From Candidatus Poribacteria bacterium (GTDB lineage Bacteria; Poribacteria; WGA-4E; WGA-3G), in assembly GCA_964291315.2 (NCBI GenBank), contig OZ219753.1, forward strand, positions 1,984,001-2,048,000: 64,000 nt of DNA, read 5' to 3'. The position numbers and the translations under genes were made by a program. The notes below the pieces were generated by a model that was not told where the DNA came from, searched no databases, and saw only the letters and a program-made list of their open reading frames with translations. Positions 20,232 through 30,884 of the stretch are shown one piece after another. Positions within the stretch are counted from its first letter, which is position 1, and each line of letters opens with the position of its first letter.

Positions 20232-21185
20232 ATGCCAGCGAATTTACCGCCAACCTACTATAAGCTCAAACACCAACATGAAGCCGCTAAAACAGATGAA
20301 GAACGCCTCGATTTGTTAGAGGAAATGCTACGCATCATTCCTAAACACAAAGGTTCAGAAAAAGTGGTTTCCGACATCCGGCACCGTATCGCTAAAATCA
20401 AACGGGGCACAGCAACCACAAGTGGCAAAAGTGCAGGCAAGAGAAGCTATAGTGATCATATTCCAAAGCAAGGGGCCGGACAGGTAGTCCTTCTTGGGCC
20501 TCCAAATGCTGGCAAATCACAGTTACTTGCGAATTGGACAAACGCCAAGCCAGAGGTTTCACCAACACCTTATACAACAACAGCACCAACAGTCGGAATG
20601 CTGCCCTATGAAAATATACAATTCCAGATCATTGATACGCCCTCAATTACGTCGGACTTCGTTTTGCCGACAGTACTGACACTCACCCGCAACGCAGATC
20701 TACCTCTACCCGTTATAAGTCTCGCTAGTGATAATCTATTGGACGACCTTGATGTAATCGTAGCACTTCTTGATAACGCAGACCGTGAGACACATGAGAA
20801 CCAAACCCTTATTGTTGCAAATCAACTTGACGCTGCAGGAGCGACGGAAAGGTTAGATATTCTCAAAGAATTTTATGGAGACGTATTTCGGTTTTGCCCA
20901 GTTTCTGCCGAGACCGACGATGGCAAGGATGCTCTATTGCAAGAAATCTATACGGAATTGGACATCTTGCGCGTCTACCCTAAGGCACCAGGAAAACCGA
21001 CAGACCATGATGAACCGATCGTGCTCTCAACCGGAGCAACTGTGCTTGAGGCAGCACGGAGTTTACACAAAGACTTTGCTGAATTTAAGTTCGCACGAAT
21101 ATGGGGCCCCAAATGGCACAACGGACAATCCGTCAGTCGCAACGATGTGCTTTACGATGGAGACGTGGTTGAATTCCATCTGTAA
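20232..21185 (+). CDS. OBG/DRG-like GTPase with TGS domain
   Basis: MPANL, PKHKG, GAGQVVLLGPPNAGKS, PYTT, L.DGDVVEFH TGS end. Confidence 0.88.
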   Translation: MPANLPPTYYKLKHQHEAAKTDEERLDLLEEMLRIIPKHKGSEKVVSDIRHRIAKIKRGTATTSGKSAGKRSYSDHIPKQGAGQVVLLGPPNAGKSQLLANWTNAKPEVSPTPYTTTAPTVGMLPYENIQFQIIDTPSITSDFVLPTVLTLTRNADLPLPVISLASDNLLDDLDVIVALLDNADRETHENQTLIVANQLDAAGATERLDILKEFYGDVFRFCPVSAETDDGKDALLQEIYTELDILRVYPKAPGKPTDHDEPIVLSTGATVLEAARSLHKDFAEFKFARIWGPKWHNGQSVSRNDVLYDGDVVEFHL

Positions 21186-21214
21186 TTCTTCTGAAAAAGA
21201 GGACTTGTAAATAA

Positions 21215-22768
21215 ATGTTGAGACCAAAAACGATGTCTCCATATTTCATATTCTCCGTCCTTATACACCTAGCACTGTTATTGGTCATATGGCAGACAAC
21301 CGCTAAGCCAGGCCGACTTCCACCCTTTTACCCCAAAATAGAAGCTTTGATCACACACATCAAGCAACCCTTACCGCCTCCCAAGCCGCTTGTTATTGAA
21401 CCAGCCGTCCCTATTGTGGTAGAAGAAACCGAGCCGCCGCTGCCCAAACCCAAACCCGCTTTAAACACAACTTGGCAAATAGGGAAACGAGAGACAGCGG
21501 AGGTTCCAAAAATTGAAACACACAAACGGAAAGGACTAAATCGCCCGCGAGAATCTACCGGGACTGCTCTGTTTCAGTCTAATCCGGGCGTCCGGAGACG
21601 GACTGAAAACACCATAGCAGTGAATATCCCTAATCAAGCGATAGCTCGACCATCGCCCCCAGAACCAGACTATATGGCTCCACAGGGCGAAACGAAACCT
21701 ATTGCTTTAGACGCGAACGATGTCCTAAGTGATAGCTCCCCCACGGTCAATGCCCCAAAGATTCACTACGGCAGCCAGCGCGGGGACGCTCTCCAAGCCA
21801 CAGGAATCGGAAACTCTTGGGGCGGCAGCAGCACTACTAGTACTGTGAATGTTGGAGGCGTTTTTGTCGAAATGATGAAGGACCTTTCTCGGACATTGGT
21901 TGACGCAAGCACAACAGCCAAAGTTGATGTCGTTTTCGTTATCGATGAAACCGAAAGCATGCTAGACAATATCCGAGGTATCCGCGCCTATGTGGATTTC
22001 CTATTTGAAGCGTTCGAACGTGAAGGACATGACGCTAATTTTGGACTAGTAACATTCACGGATAAGACAAGGAAATTTGGACAAACTGACAACCTCGGAA
22101 CGTTCAAAAACTGGCTTTTTGACATCAAGGTTGACGGCGGCGGCGACATCGCCGAAGCTGGGCTAGATGCAATTATGACTGCCGTGAAAGAAATGAAATT
22201 CCGAAAAGGCGCGCAACGATTCATTGTGTTGGCGAGTGACGCTGCCTTCCACGACGCCGACTACGATGGGAAATCTGTCTATAGTTTGGATCACGTTATT
22301 GAAACACTACAAAATAGGCAAACCCGAGTCGATGTTATCGGGCTTGATTATCTGCCGATTCGACAGATCGCATTAGCAACCGGGGGAACCTGGCGCGCTA
22401 TCCCCGGCCGGGGCTACCTTGAATATATCCCGCCGTTAACGCTAACCGTTAAGTTGTTTTCTAAATTAGGAACGCTTAACCTTCAAACAGGACGGATTGA
22501 TGACAAGATAACCGTTTTTATTACTAATCCGCCACGCCCGAAACGACTCACCTTGACATGGAAAGTGCTGAATCCCCTGGGCGAAAGGGTGTACGGCCCC
22601 TTTAACGAAGAGAAAATTATTCAAGATGACGGCTCAACTCAAATAGTATTAACACCGAAAATTAATACTGAACTGTTTCATACGCTGCCAGGCGTTTACA
22701 CCATCATTTATCGACTCGAAAACGAGCACGGGCATCAAAGCATCTTGCGGCGTACATTGACTTTCTAA
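21215..22768 (+). CDS. membrane-anchored Pro-rich VWA domain protein
   Basis: N-terminal SVLIH TM anchor; Pro-rich linker; DVVFVIDETESM MIDAS; GGGD..E.GLDA. Confidence 0.85.
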   Translation: MLRPKTMSPYFIFSVLIHLALLLVIWQTTAKPGRLPPFYPKIEALITHIKQPLPPPKPLVIEPAVPIVVEETEPPLPKPKPALNTTWQIGKRETAEVPKIETHKRKGLNRPRESTGTALFQSNPGVRRRTENTIAVNIPNQAIARPSPPEPDYMAPQGETKPIALDANDVLSDSSPTVNAPKIHYGSQRGDALQATGIGNSWGGSSTTSTVNVGGVFVEMMKDLSRTLVDASTTAKVDVVFVIDETESMLDNIRGIRAYVDFLFEAFEREGHDANFGLVTFTDKTRKFGQTDNLGTFKNWLFDIKVDGGGDIAEAGLDAIMTAVKEMKFRKGAQRFIVLASDAAFHDADYDGKSVYSLDHVIETLQNRQTRVDVIGLDYLPIRQIALATGGTWRAIPGRGYLEYIPPLTLTVKLFSKLGTLNLQTGRIDDKITVFITNPPRPKRLTLTWKVLNPLGERVYGPFNEEKIIQDDGSTQIVLTPKINTELFHTLPGVYTIIYRLENEHGHQSILRRTLTF

Positions 22769-22944
22769 TTTTTTAATTAGTATCTCAAAGACAATATGAA
22801 CCGTAATAATATCGACCGCTTTTGACTAAGAAATAGACTTTATGTTTCAGATACTCTTGTAACTGAAGAAAAAAGTCTGCAATCTCAAAAAAAATGATAT
22901 AATAGACATCTGAAGGTATGTTCAGTTGGAGTGCGGAATTGAAA

Positions 22945-24141
22945 ATGAAAGACGTGATCTTTGAACAGTGTCGGCGTAATTTTGACGACATCGTTGCTAT
23001 CCGACGGGATATTCACCAATATCCTGAACTGGGTTTTGATGTGCATCGCACCGCCAGTATTGCTGCGGACGCGTTGCGTGCGCTTGACATTCCTACTAGA
23101 ACCGGTATTGGTAAAACAGGGATCATCGGGGACTTGGAAATAGCAGGTGCCTCAAAACGTATTGCACTCCGGGCGGACATGGACGCGCTTCCTATTCAAG
23201 AACTAACGGATGCTCCTTATAAATCGAAGATTGACGGCAAAGCACACCTATGTGGACACGACGCACACACTGCAATGCTCATCGGTGCAGCTCGAATCCT
23301 TTCACACCTCCGAGAGGACCTCAAAACGCACGTTAGATTTATCTTCCAACCAAGTGAAGAAGCCTTACCCGGCGGCGCCTCCGCGATGATAGCCGACGGG
23401 GCACTGGAGAATGTAGACGAAATTTATGGGATACATGTCTTCCCGCTTTATGCTGTTGGCGAATATGCAACATGTGTCGGTCCAATGCTCGCGCAATCGG
23501 ACACCTTCCAAATTACAATCACCGGCAGAGGTGGACACGCTGCATTCCCACATCTTACTATTGACCCGATCGTTATTGGTGCCCAGTTTGTGACGGCGGC
23601 ACAAGCGATTGTCGCTAGAAATGTCAATCCGCTAGACTCGGCTGTTATTAGCGTTACGCAATTGCACGGTGGAGATGCCAACCTGAAAAATGGGCTTGCA
23701 GGCGCTGCTCTTAATGCCATTCCAACTGAAATGCTCATAGGTGGAACGGTACGCACGCTTCAAGCATCAGTACAGAAAAGCTTACGTGGACAATTAGAAC
23801 AGCTCCTCACCGGCTTGGTAAATGCTCACGAGGCAACTTACGCTTACACATATCAAGAGGGATATCCTGTAACATACAACCACGAACCTTGTGTCAACAC
23901 CGCCTTATCGGTAGCAAGAGAACTGGTTGGTGAACACAATCTCATATTCCCAATGTCCCCGATATTAGGGGGAGAAGATTTCGGCTACTATTCACAGAAA
24001 ATTCCGGCATGTTTCGTCATGGTAGGTGCAGGAAATCACAGAAAAGGCATCGTGAATATGTGCCATCATCCACAATTTGATATTGACGAAAATTGCATGA
24101 TTTACGGTATGGCACTGCTTGTAAGTCTCGTTACACATTAA
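22945..24141 (+). CDS. M20D amidohydrolase
   Basis: RRDIHQYPELGF, LRADMDALP, CGHDAH, FQPSEE, GGHAAFPH, GEDF, HHP.F. Confidence 0.93.
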   Translation: MKDVIFEQCRRNFDDIVAIRRDIHQYPELGFDVHRTASIAADALRALDIPTRTGIGKTGIIGDLEIAGASKRIALRADMDALPIQELTDAPYKSKIDGKAHLCGHDAHTAMLIGAARILSHLREDLKTHVRFIFQPSEEALPGGASAMIADGALENVDEIYGIHVFPLYAVGEYATCVGPMLAQSDTFQITITGRGGHAAFPHLTIDPIVIGAQFVTAAQAIVARNVNPLDSAVISVTQLHGGDANLKNGLAGAALNAIPTEMLIGGTVRTLQASVQKSLRGQLEQLLTGLVNAHEATYAYTYQEGYPVTYNHEPCVNTALSVARELVGEHNLIFPMSPILGGEDFGYYSQKIPACFVMVGAGNHRKGIVNMCHHPQFDIDENCMIYGMALLVSLVTH

Positions 24142-24194
24142 ACATTCGCCAAAAAAACGCCTGTCTATACGACACAGGCTCCAGAACACAATAC

Positions 24195-26516
24195 ATGGAT
24201 CTCATGATGCAAAGATTGTTCAGTTATCTTTTTCTCTTAACGTTATCGTTTCCTATTCTAATCGTAGCCTCTCGGTATACCTCCGCACAGGTCGAGCTCA
24301 TACCAAACAATCCCATGGCAATTCGTACATTGGATCCTATTGAAACCGCACACGACTATTTTCATGAAAGACAATACGCGGAAGCGATTAAGGCATACGA
24401 AGAATTGCTTGAGAACGGTATTCCAAAAGCAAACAATACTTATAAACCGCTTCGGCAGAACCAGAAGAGTTCTATCCGATTAATGCTTGCGAAAAGTTAC
24501 GCTGAAGTTGGCGAGGATCCCGCTGCAAAGCGTATCTTTAGAGAAATTGTTGCCGAGAATCCGGATGGATCTTATGCCACACAGGCGGTTCATTGTTTAG
24601 GCAATCTCTACTGGCAACGTTATCAGTTCAGGCAAGCGATTTTAGAATGCCGGCAGATTTTAAAACAGTACCCTAATACGACCGCTGCTGCTACAGCCGC
24701 CTATCTTGTAGCACAATACCAAGACACAGAAGGCAAAACCGAAGAAGCAATAGAAAGTTATAAGTACTTCCTCGACAATTTTTCCGGTTCTCCGTATCGC
24801 ACAAGCGCGGTGAATAACCTAATTCGACTTTATATCGCCGATGCACGTTATGCAGAAGGCGAAAAACTCATTCAAAAGCGATTACAAAGTTCACCAAGAG
24901 ATCTCACGCTATTAGAACAGCTAGCAGAACTTTACCAACAGCAAGGCGAGTCTCCAAGGGCAATTGAACTCTATCGTCAGGCGATTGGAGAAGATCCAGG
25001 TAATACCAAACTTCACAGAAAATTAGGTGATCTCTACGCGAAGATCGGCGAAACTACGCAAGCCATGACCGAATGGAAAAAAATAGTGGCAAATGAGACA
25101 AACCAATCAGACCGCCATCAACAACTCGGGGCAATCTATCTCTCTCATAAAATGTATAGAGAAGCAATTGCAGCCTATCAACAAGCTATCCGCTTGACTC
25201 CTCAAAATGTCTACCTTTATACCCAGTTGGCAGCAGCATACAAAATTCAAGGGCAAAATGAACACGCTGCGGATGTTTATGTTAACGGCTTGCAACACGT
25301 TGGACTAGCAGAGAACCAACGTGAACCAATCTGGGAAGCAATGCTCGATATTTATGAAGGCACACACCATAAAGCACTGCAAGATAAACTTATCCTACAA
25401 CTACAAAAACAGCATTTACAGAAACCACAAAATCCAAACGTTACCATGACGTTAGGAGAACTCCTTTTCCATGCGGGCAAAACATCAGAAGCACTCGAAA
25501 TGTTTGGGCAACTCCACCAAAGTCATCCGACCTACACTGACATCGCCTTGGAGAAGTACGCCCAGGTATTAGAGCGTAATGCCAGCTCACAAGCCGAAAA
25601 TTTCTACAAGGCACTCATAAACGGCTCCGAAAATAGAACACGCGTCAGAAATGCCCATGTGAAACTCGCACTATTCTACAAAAAAACAGAACAGTGGGGT
25701 AATGCGATCGCACTTCTGAAGGAACTTGTCAAAAATCGTGAGGCTTCTACCCAAAACAGGCTGCTACTCGGGCAACTGCAATTACACGGCACGCGAGAGC
25801 CCAAAGCCGCACAAATGACGTTTCAACCATTGATAACGCAACGCTTAGGCACTCAACAATTGATAGAAGCACAGTTGGGTTTAGGTGAGTGTCATATCCT
25901 ACTGAAACGCTACATGCTTGCCCGAAAAACACTGGAACCCATTGCCAACAAAGCCAATCGTTACCAAGCAACAGCTCGAAAACTAGTGGGTGATTCTTAC
26001 TTCTTCTCCGCAGACTTCGATCAGGCCCTCAAGGAATATAATCGGGTCGTTCAAATATCAAAATCTGACCAACTCACAAACGATGCACTTGAAAAAATAG
26101 TCCTTATTCAGAACCATCAGGACTATCTCAAAATCCCCCTCACAGATTATGCCACTTCCCTGCAACTCTATCTCAGCGGGAAAACAGAAGCAGCACTAGA
26201 GCAGTGCGATCGGATACTAGAACTCTATCCGCAAGCCACTATTATTGATGATATATGGCTTCTCATAGGTAATATCTACCGTGAAACGACAAAAAATACC
26301 GAAGCAGTCAATGCCTACCAGCACGTCATTGACCTCGAAAGTCCGCTTGCCCCAAAAGCACTCGTAAACATTGCTGAAATTTATCGACAGCAACGCGATC
26401 TAACTAATGCCGCCGCAACCTACACAATGCTCATCACAGACTATCCCGAAAATGTTATTGTTGTCCACGCGCGACAGCAACTTGACGAGATCACCAAGCT
26501 GCAAACCAAAAGATAG
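24195..26516 (+). CDS. secreted tetratricopeptide repeat protein
   Basis: signal-like N-terminus; many TPR units (A..LG..Y...G...A...Y); start uncertain. Confidence 0.88.
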   Translation: MDLMMQRLFSYLFLLTLSFPILIVASRYTSAQVELIPNNPMAIRTLDPIETAHDYFHERQYAEAIKAYEELLENGIPKANNTYKPLRQNQKSSIRLMLAKSYAEVGEDPAAKRIFREIVAENPDGSYATQAVHCLGNLYWQRYQFRQAILECRQILKQYPNTTAAATAAYLVAQYQDTEGKTEEAIESYKYFLDNFSGSPYRTSAVNNLIRLYIADARYAEGEKLIQKRLQSSPRDLTLLEQLAELYQQQGESPRAIELYRQAIGEDPGNTKLHRKLGDLYAKIGETTQAMTEWKKIVANETNQSDRHQQLGAIYLSHKMYREAIAAYQQAIRLTPQNVYLYTQLAAAYKIQGQNEHAADVYVNGLQHVGLAENQREPIWEAMLDIYEGTHHKALQDKLILQLQKQHLQKPQNPNVTMTLGELLFHAGKTSEALEMFGQLHQSHPTYTDIALEKYAQVLERNASSQAENFYKALINGSENRTRVRNAHVKLALFYKKTEQWGNAIALLKELVKNREASTQNRLLLGQLQLHGTREPKAAQMTFQPLITQRLGTQQLIEAQLGLGECHILLKRYMLARKTLEPIANKANRYQATARKLVGDSYFFSADFDQALKEYNRVVQISKSDQLTNDALEKIVLIQNHQDYLKIPLTDYATSLQLYLSGKTEAALEQCDRILELYPQATIIDDIWLLIGNIYRETTKNTEAVNAYQHVIDLESPLAPKALVNIAEIYRQQRDLTNAAATYTMLITDYPENVIVVHARQQLDEITKLQTKR

Positions 26517-26635
26517 GCACAATCCAGTTTTTTCTTGCCGATTTGCCCGAAGTGCGCTATACTTAACACAAGGTCGATACTATACTATCAAATCGGATAA
26601 TTTCTACCCGTTTCGCACTGTGAAAGGACAATTAG

Positions 26636-27925
26636 ATGGTTCAACCCAACACACCACGCGCTTTTCATGTGATGACAAAGCCGATCGGTCCGATATGCAA
26701 CCTAGATTGCGAATACTGCTTCTATCTTGAAAAAGAAGAACTCTACCCCGAAACGCGCTCTTTCCGCATGACCGACGCAATTTTGGAAAACTACGTCAAA
26801 CAATACATTGAAGCACAGCAGATCAACGAAGTTACGTTCGCATGGCAGGGCGGCGAACCTACGCTCATGGGTGTGGATTTCTTCCGAAAAGCGGTTCGGT
26901 ATCAGCAGAAATATAAACGCCCCGGCATGCACATTCAGAACTCTTTTCAGACCAACGCGACACTCCTCGACGACGAATGGGCGGAATTTTTCAAGCGAAA
27001 CAAATTCTTGATCGGGGTCAGTATCGACGGGCCTCCAGAAATACACGACAAATATCGCTACGACAAACGCGGCAGACCATCCTCCGAACAGGTAATTCGC
27101 GGATTGCGCATCTTGCAGAAGCACAAAGTAAATTACAATGTGCTGTGTGTCGTCAATAAACACAACGCCGAATACCCGAAAGAGATCTACAACTACTTCA
27201 AAGGTCTAGGCGTAGAGTTCATTCAGTTTATCCCTGCTGTCGAACACTTCGGTGGAAAAAATGTGTCCCCGCGCTCTGTTACAGCACAGCAATATGGCAA
27301 ATTCCTATGCACAATTTTCGATGAATGGGTCGTGAGTGACATCGGAAAAATTTTTATCCAGATTTTCGACGTCGCCTTAGAAGCCTGGTTGGGTTACAAC
27401 CCCAGTCTTTGCGTTTTCAATGAAACGTGTGGTGATGCCCTTGCAATTGAGCATAACGGGGATCTCTACTCCTGTGACCACTTCGTTACATCTGACTATC
27501 ACATTGGTAACATATCGGACAACACCATCGCGGAGATGGTAGATTCACCACTCCAGCGCAAATTCGGCACAGATAAACGGGACACGCTTCCAGAATACTG
27601 CCGGCGCTGTGAGGTCAAGTTCGCCTGTAATGGAGGCTGCCCTAAGAACCGTTTTATCAAAACCCCCACCGGTGAAGACGGATTAAACTATCTCTGTGCC
27701 GGTTATAAACAATTTTTCAACCACATTGACGCACCTATGAAGATGATGGCTTCTGCACTGCAAATGGAACAACCGGCAAATAGTATTATGCCGATCATGC
27801 GGCAACGTCAGGAAGAAAAAAGAGGACTGGTCCGCTCAACAACCTCACGAAAAATTGGGCGCAATTCGCCCTGCTCATGCGGCAGTGGGCGTAAATACAA
27901 GCAATGCTGCCTGAACAAAAAGTAA
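26636..27925 (+). CDS. anaerobic sulfatase maturase (radical SAM/SPASM) with C-terminal SEC-C motif
   Basis: CNLDCEYC, WQGGEPTL, YSCDH, C..C.....CNGGCPK, GRNSPCSCGSGRKYKQCC. Confidence 0.95.
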   Translation: MVQPNTPRAFHVMTKPIGPICNLDCEYCFYLEKEELYPETRSFRMTDAILENYVKQYIEAQQINEVTFAWQGGEPTLMGVDFFRKAVRYQQKYKRPGMHIQNSFQTNATLLDDEWAEFFKRNKFLIGVSIDGPPEIHDKYRYDKRGRPSSEQVIRGLRILQKHKVNYNVLCVVNKHNAEYPKEIYNYFKGLGVEFIQFIPAVEHFGGKNVSPRSVTAQQYGKFLCTIFDEWVVSDIGKIFIQIFDVALEAWLGYNPSLCVFNETCGDALAIEHNGDLYSCDHFVTSDYHIGNISDNTIAEMVDSPLQRKFGTDKRDTLPEYCRRCEVKFACNGGCPKNRFIKTPTGEDGLNYLCAGYKQFFNHIDAPMKMMASALQMEQPANSIMPIMRQRQEEKRGLVRSTTSRKIGRNSPCSCGSGRKYKQCCLNKK

Positions 27926-27980
27926 CTCTGCCCGCGGTAGAAGCACTTTCCTAAAACAGGAACAATTGACCTGAAAGCAA

Positions 27981-29306
27981 ATGAAAATGAAGCATCCGGA
28001 ACAATATTATTTATGGCCGCCCCCGAATGATAATATATCATGTGAGACTGATGTTCTGCCTGCAAATGATGAAGCGTCGTCCTCTACAGATGTGCTACAT
28101 CCGTACCTACATAAAATATTTGAGGTAAGTGATAAGTATCTGAAGAACATCTTCAACGAACGACTCCTGAATGAATTTAGAACGGACTGCTTTCGCTATA
28201 TTCGGGGGGACCGGGATCTCACTATAGAACAGTTTGTCGAAGCCTACTACGGTTTCGTAAAGAGGGAATATCAAAAGCAATACACCGGAGCTCATCCGGA
28301 GCTAAATCAATCCATTTTTTCCGAACCTCACATACCGAAAGCGTTGTGGGGTAACTGCCTTGATTTTTTGCAGCGTATGGACAGTGAAAGTGTTCAGTTG
28401 ATGGTCACTTCTCCTCCATATTACAACGCAAGGGATTATTCCCAATGGGAAACTTTGGATGACTACTTGGATGAAATGTCTTGTATTATCAAGGAATGCT
28501 ATCGAGTTTTGGATAATCATCGCCCCTTCGTTTTTAATGTAGGTGATATATTCGACAACGACAATAGAAATACTAAATCGTCTTGGGGGAAGCGACGAAT
28601 ACCTTTAGGGGCATATTTCACGACAATATTTGAAGAACACGGTTTTCAATTTGTGGACGACTTCATCTGGGACAAGGGAGAAGTTCAGACCCAAAGGCAT
28701 AAAAATGGAAACAAGCCTTACCCGTTATACCAATATCCAATTAATTGTTATGAACATATTTTTGTTTTCTATAAACATCGATTGGATGAAATGCCTTATC
28801 CGTGTCCTATATGCGGTTGTTTGAAAGTCAATGGAAATGCGTATTCTAAAGTGGGCGTCAAATCTTGGGAGTGCAAGAATTTAGAGTGCTTCGAGCGATC
28901 GGCAGGCAATCGTGGTAAACGCTTTTCAGCCCGGACCCAGTTAATGACAGGGTTGCAACAAGCCACAAATCTTGTGAGTGAGGACTTACTACATAGATGG
29001 CGCCGCGACATTGTCAAACTTGCACCAGTGATAAAAATAAACAGTAAGGGAGAGAACACCCTGGGACATACTGCCCCCTTCCCTAGGGAAATTCCTGAAT
29101 ACGCAGTACAAGTATTCACTGGGATGAATGAATCCGTTCTTGATCCCTTTGCAGGTTCATTTACGACAACGATAGAATCATTCCATCAAGGACGAAACAG
29201 CATCGGAATAGAACTAAATCGAACGATGTTTAGAGATGCCGTATTGACGCGATTTTCTAGAACTCTCGGCATAAAACCGAAAGAGGTGGAACGTGCATGG
29301 ATCTGA
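27981..29306 (+). CDS. beta-class DNA amino-methyltransferase (likely N4-cytosine) with Cys-rich insert
   Basis: motif IV TSPPY precedes H.APFP and motif I VLDPFAGS; CPICGC..WECKN.EC insert. Confidence 0.9.
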   Translation: MKMKHPEQYYLWPPPNDNISCETDVLPANDEASSSTDVLHPYLHKIFEVSDKYLKNIFNERLLNEFRTDCFRYIRGDRDLTIEQFVEAYYGFVKREYQKQYTGAHPELNQSIFSEPHIPKALWGNCLDFLQRMDSESVQLMVTSPPYYNARDYSQWETLDDYLDEMSCIIKECYRVLDNHRPFVFNVGDIFDNDNRNTKSSWGKRRIPLGAYFTTIFEEHGFQFVDDFIWDKGEVQTQRHKNGNKPYPLYQYPINCYEHIFVFYKHRLDEMPYPCPICGCLKVNGNAYSKVGVKSWECKNLECFERSAGNRGKRFSARTQLMTGLQQATNLVSEDLLHRWRRDIVKLAPVIKINSKGENTLGHTAPFPREIPEYAVQVFTGMNESVLDPFAGSFTTTIESFHQGRNSIGIELNRTMFRDAVLTRFSRTLGIKPKEVERAWI

Positions 29307-29940
29307 CAGCGACAAACTCGTAACTGGACTTTATGGAGAAATGCGTTTGGCAATGGAACTGCATAAGCGTGGCTGGCAAGTCTATAGGGCCTATATAGAC
29401 GAGAAGTTCGATTTTGTCATTCTGAAAAGTTACTGTGAATGCTGCAAGTCATTCAAAAACGCCTTAACGCGCGAAGAATGTTATAAAGGCCACAAACGTA
29501 AAGCGGTAACGCAGCTTTGTGAGACATGTGAACAAGACAGCTTGAAAATGCTCGTTAGATTTATTCAGGTTAAAACTTCAGAGGGAGTTCCTCCAAAACA
29601 GGCAAATTTGGGAAAAGAACATTCCAAAAAATTTAGTTTCCATCCTAAAATCCGTTATCATTTAGCAGACTCGAGAGTGTTTTACGTGTGGATACAAATC
29701 TGGGACCAAGATACACATGACATCAACTACTACATTTTTAAAACTTCGGATGTCGAGCGTTTTGATGATTTGGACCTAGATACCTATCAAATAACCGACA
29801 ACCAAAAAACTACACTGACGATAAACAAAGCAGGGAAAGTGTTAAATAAGGGTAGGAAATATAATTTTGAGGCGTTTGAAGATTTTCACAACAATTTTGA
29901 TTGTTTGGAAGACGTAATAGATGGTGATTCTTGGAAATGA
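29293..29940 (+). CDS. putative PD-(D/E)xK endonuclease, probable restriction partner
   Basis: GE...A.EL..RGW.VY, FDFVI, IQVKT; CECC..CETC insert; GTG start overlaps the MTase end by 14 nt. Confidence 0.65.
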   Translation: MHGSDSDKLVTGLYGEMRLAMELHKRGWQVYRAYIDEKFDFVILKSYCECCKSFKNALTREECYKGHKRKAVTQLCETCEQDSLKMLVRFIQVKTSEGVPPKQANLGKEHSKKFSFHPKIRYHLADSRVFYVWIQIWDQDTHDINYYIFKTSDVERFDDLDLDTYQITDNQKTTLTINKAGKVLNKGRKYNFEAFEDFHNNFDCLEDVIDGDSWK

Positions 29941-30124
29941 CTACAACTGCTAAAATTTAGCAAACGCTAAGTCCTTTCGTAACATTTTTCTGAAAAATCA
30001 ACTGGAGGGATGACATCAAACAGCATTAGTTAGGTTATAATCTCCAATTTTAGGGATACAAATATCCATTGCTTTAGAAGAGGCGTTTCAATACGACCTT
30101 GTTCTGCAATAGGCGGTGTCAGAA

Positions 30125-30763
30125 ATGTCAAATACGTTTAATCTAAAAACTTTTCAAGAAGTATTCGACTCTTATTTTTGGAAATGGTGGTGCATTTGTT
30201 CTATCCTCTATATTTCCTTGTTCGGCATCTATGCCGTAGCGGCAATCGGGCTACTAACAACCGAAACAGAATTACCTTCGTTCCTCTACCGGTTCATAGC
30301 ACCGTTTGAATATGCTGGCGGAATGGCTGACATTCCAATTGGGGGAAGAGAATTTGGTTTTCTCACGTTTGGTGCTGTTTCTGTCGGTATCTTTGCTATC
30401 GGTGCTGTTTCTGTCGGTATCTTTGCTATCGGTGCTTTTTCTGTTGGTGTCTTTGCTATTGGTGCTTTTTCCATGGGCATCTTTGCGTTTGGTGGCAACG
30501 CTGTCGGTATCATCGCCATCGGATCGGGGACAAGTCTTACCGGCTATTTTGATCGGAAGGCATCAAAAGCGCGAGGAAGATTTGACATCGGTAAGGCTGT
30601 TGGTGTTGTCGCCATAAGTCCTGAAGCTTACGGTGTCTATACATTATCTTATAGTGGTTCGGGTGCCTTCAGTTTCTCGCCATCGTGTCAAGACGTGGTA
30701 GCGGTTTCATTTTTTTCCAGATGGTTGCCAAAATTCAAGAGGGCCTTTCACAGTCCGGGTTAA
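30125..30763 (+). CDS. membrane protein with Gly-rich 10-aa repeats
   Basis: TM segment plus (GAVSVGIFAI)n repeats. Confidence 0.75.
   Translation: MSNTFNLKTFQEVFDSYFWKWWCICSILYISLFGIYAVAAIGLLTTETELPSFLYRFIAPFEYAGGMADIPIGGREFGFLTFGAVSVGIFAIGAVSVGIFAIGAFSVGVFAIGAFSMGIFAFGGNAVGIIAIGSGTSLTGYFDRKASKARGRFDIGKAVGVVAISPEAYGVYTLSYSGSGAFSFSPSCQDVVAVSFFSRWLPKFKRAFHSPG
30371..30520 (+). repeat. 30-bp tandem coding repeat x5
   Basis: GGTGCTGTTTCTGTCGGTATCTTTGCTATC exact twice, then three decaying copies. Confidence 0.9.
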
Positions 30764-30884
30764 TGTTTTATGTGGGTGTATAATTTTAGGTCGCGCACAG
30801 CTTTCTGCTTTACGACACTTGACACAAATTAACACTTTCTGTCCGTCTCTATGTGTATGATGTATCTGTTTTTTGATGTTAAAA

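Noticed and set aside
27930-30880. Integron cassette array carrying the RM and membrane genes
   Set aside because: No recognisable attC (RYYYAAC...GTTRRRY) hairpins and no integron integrase.
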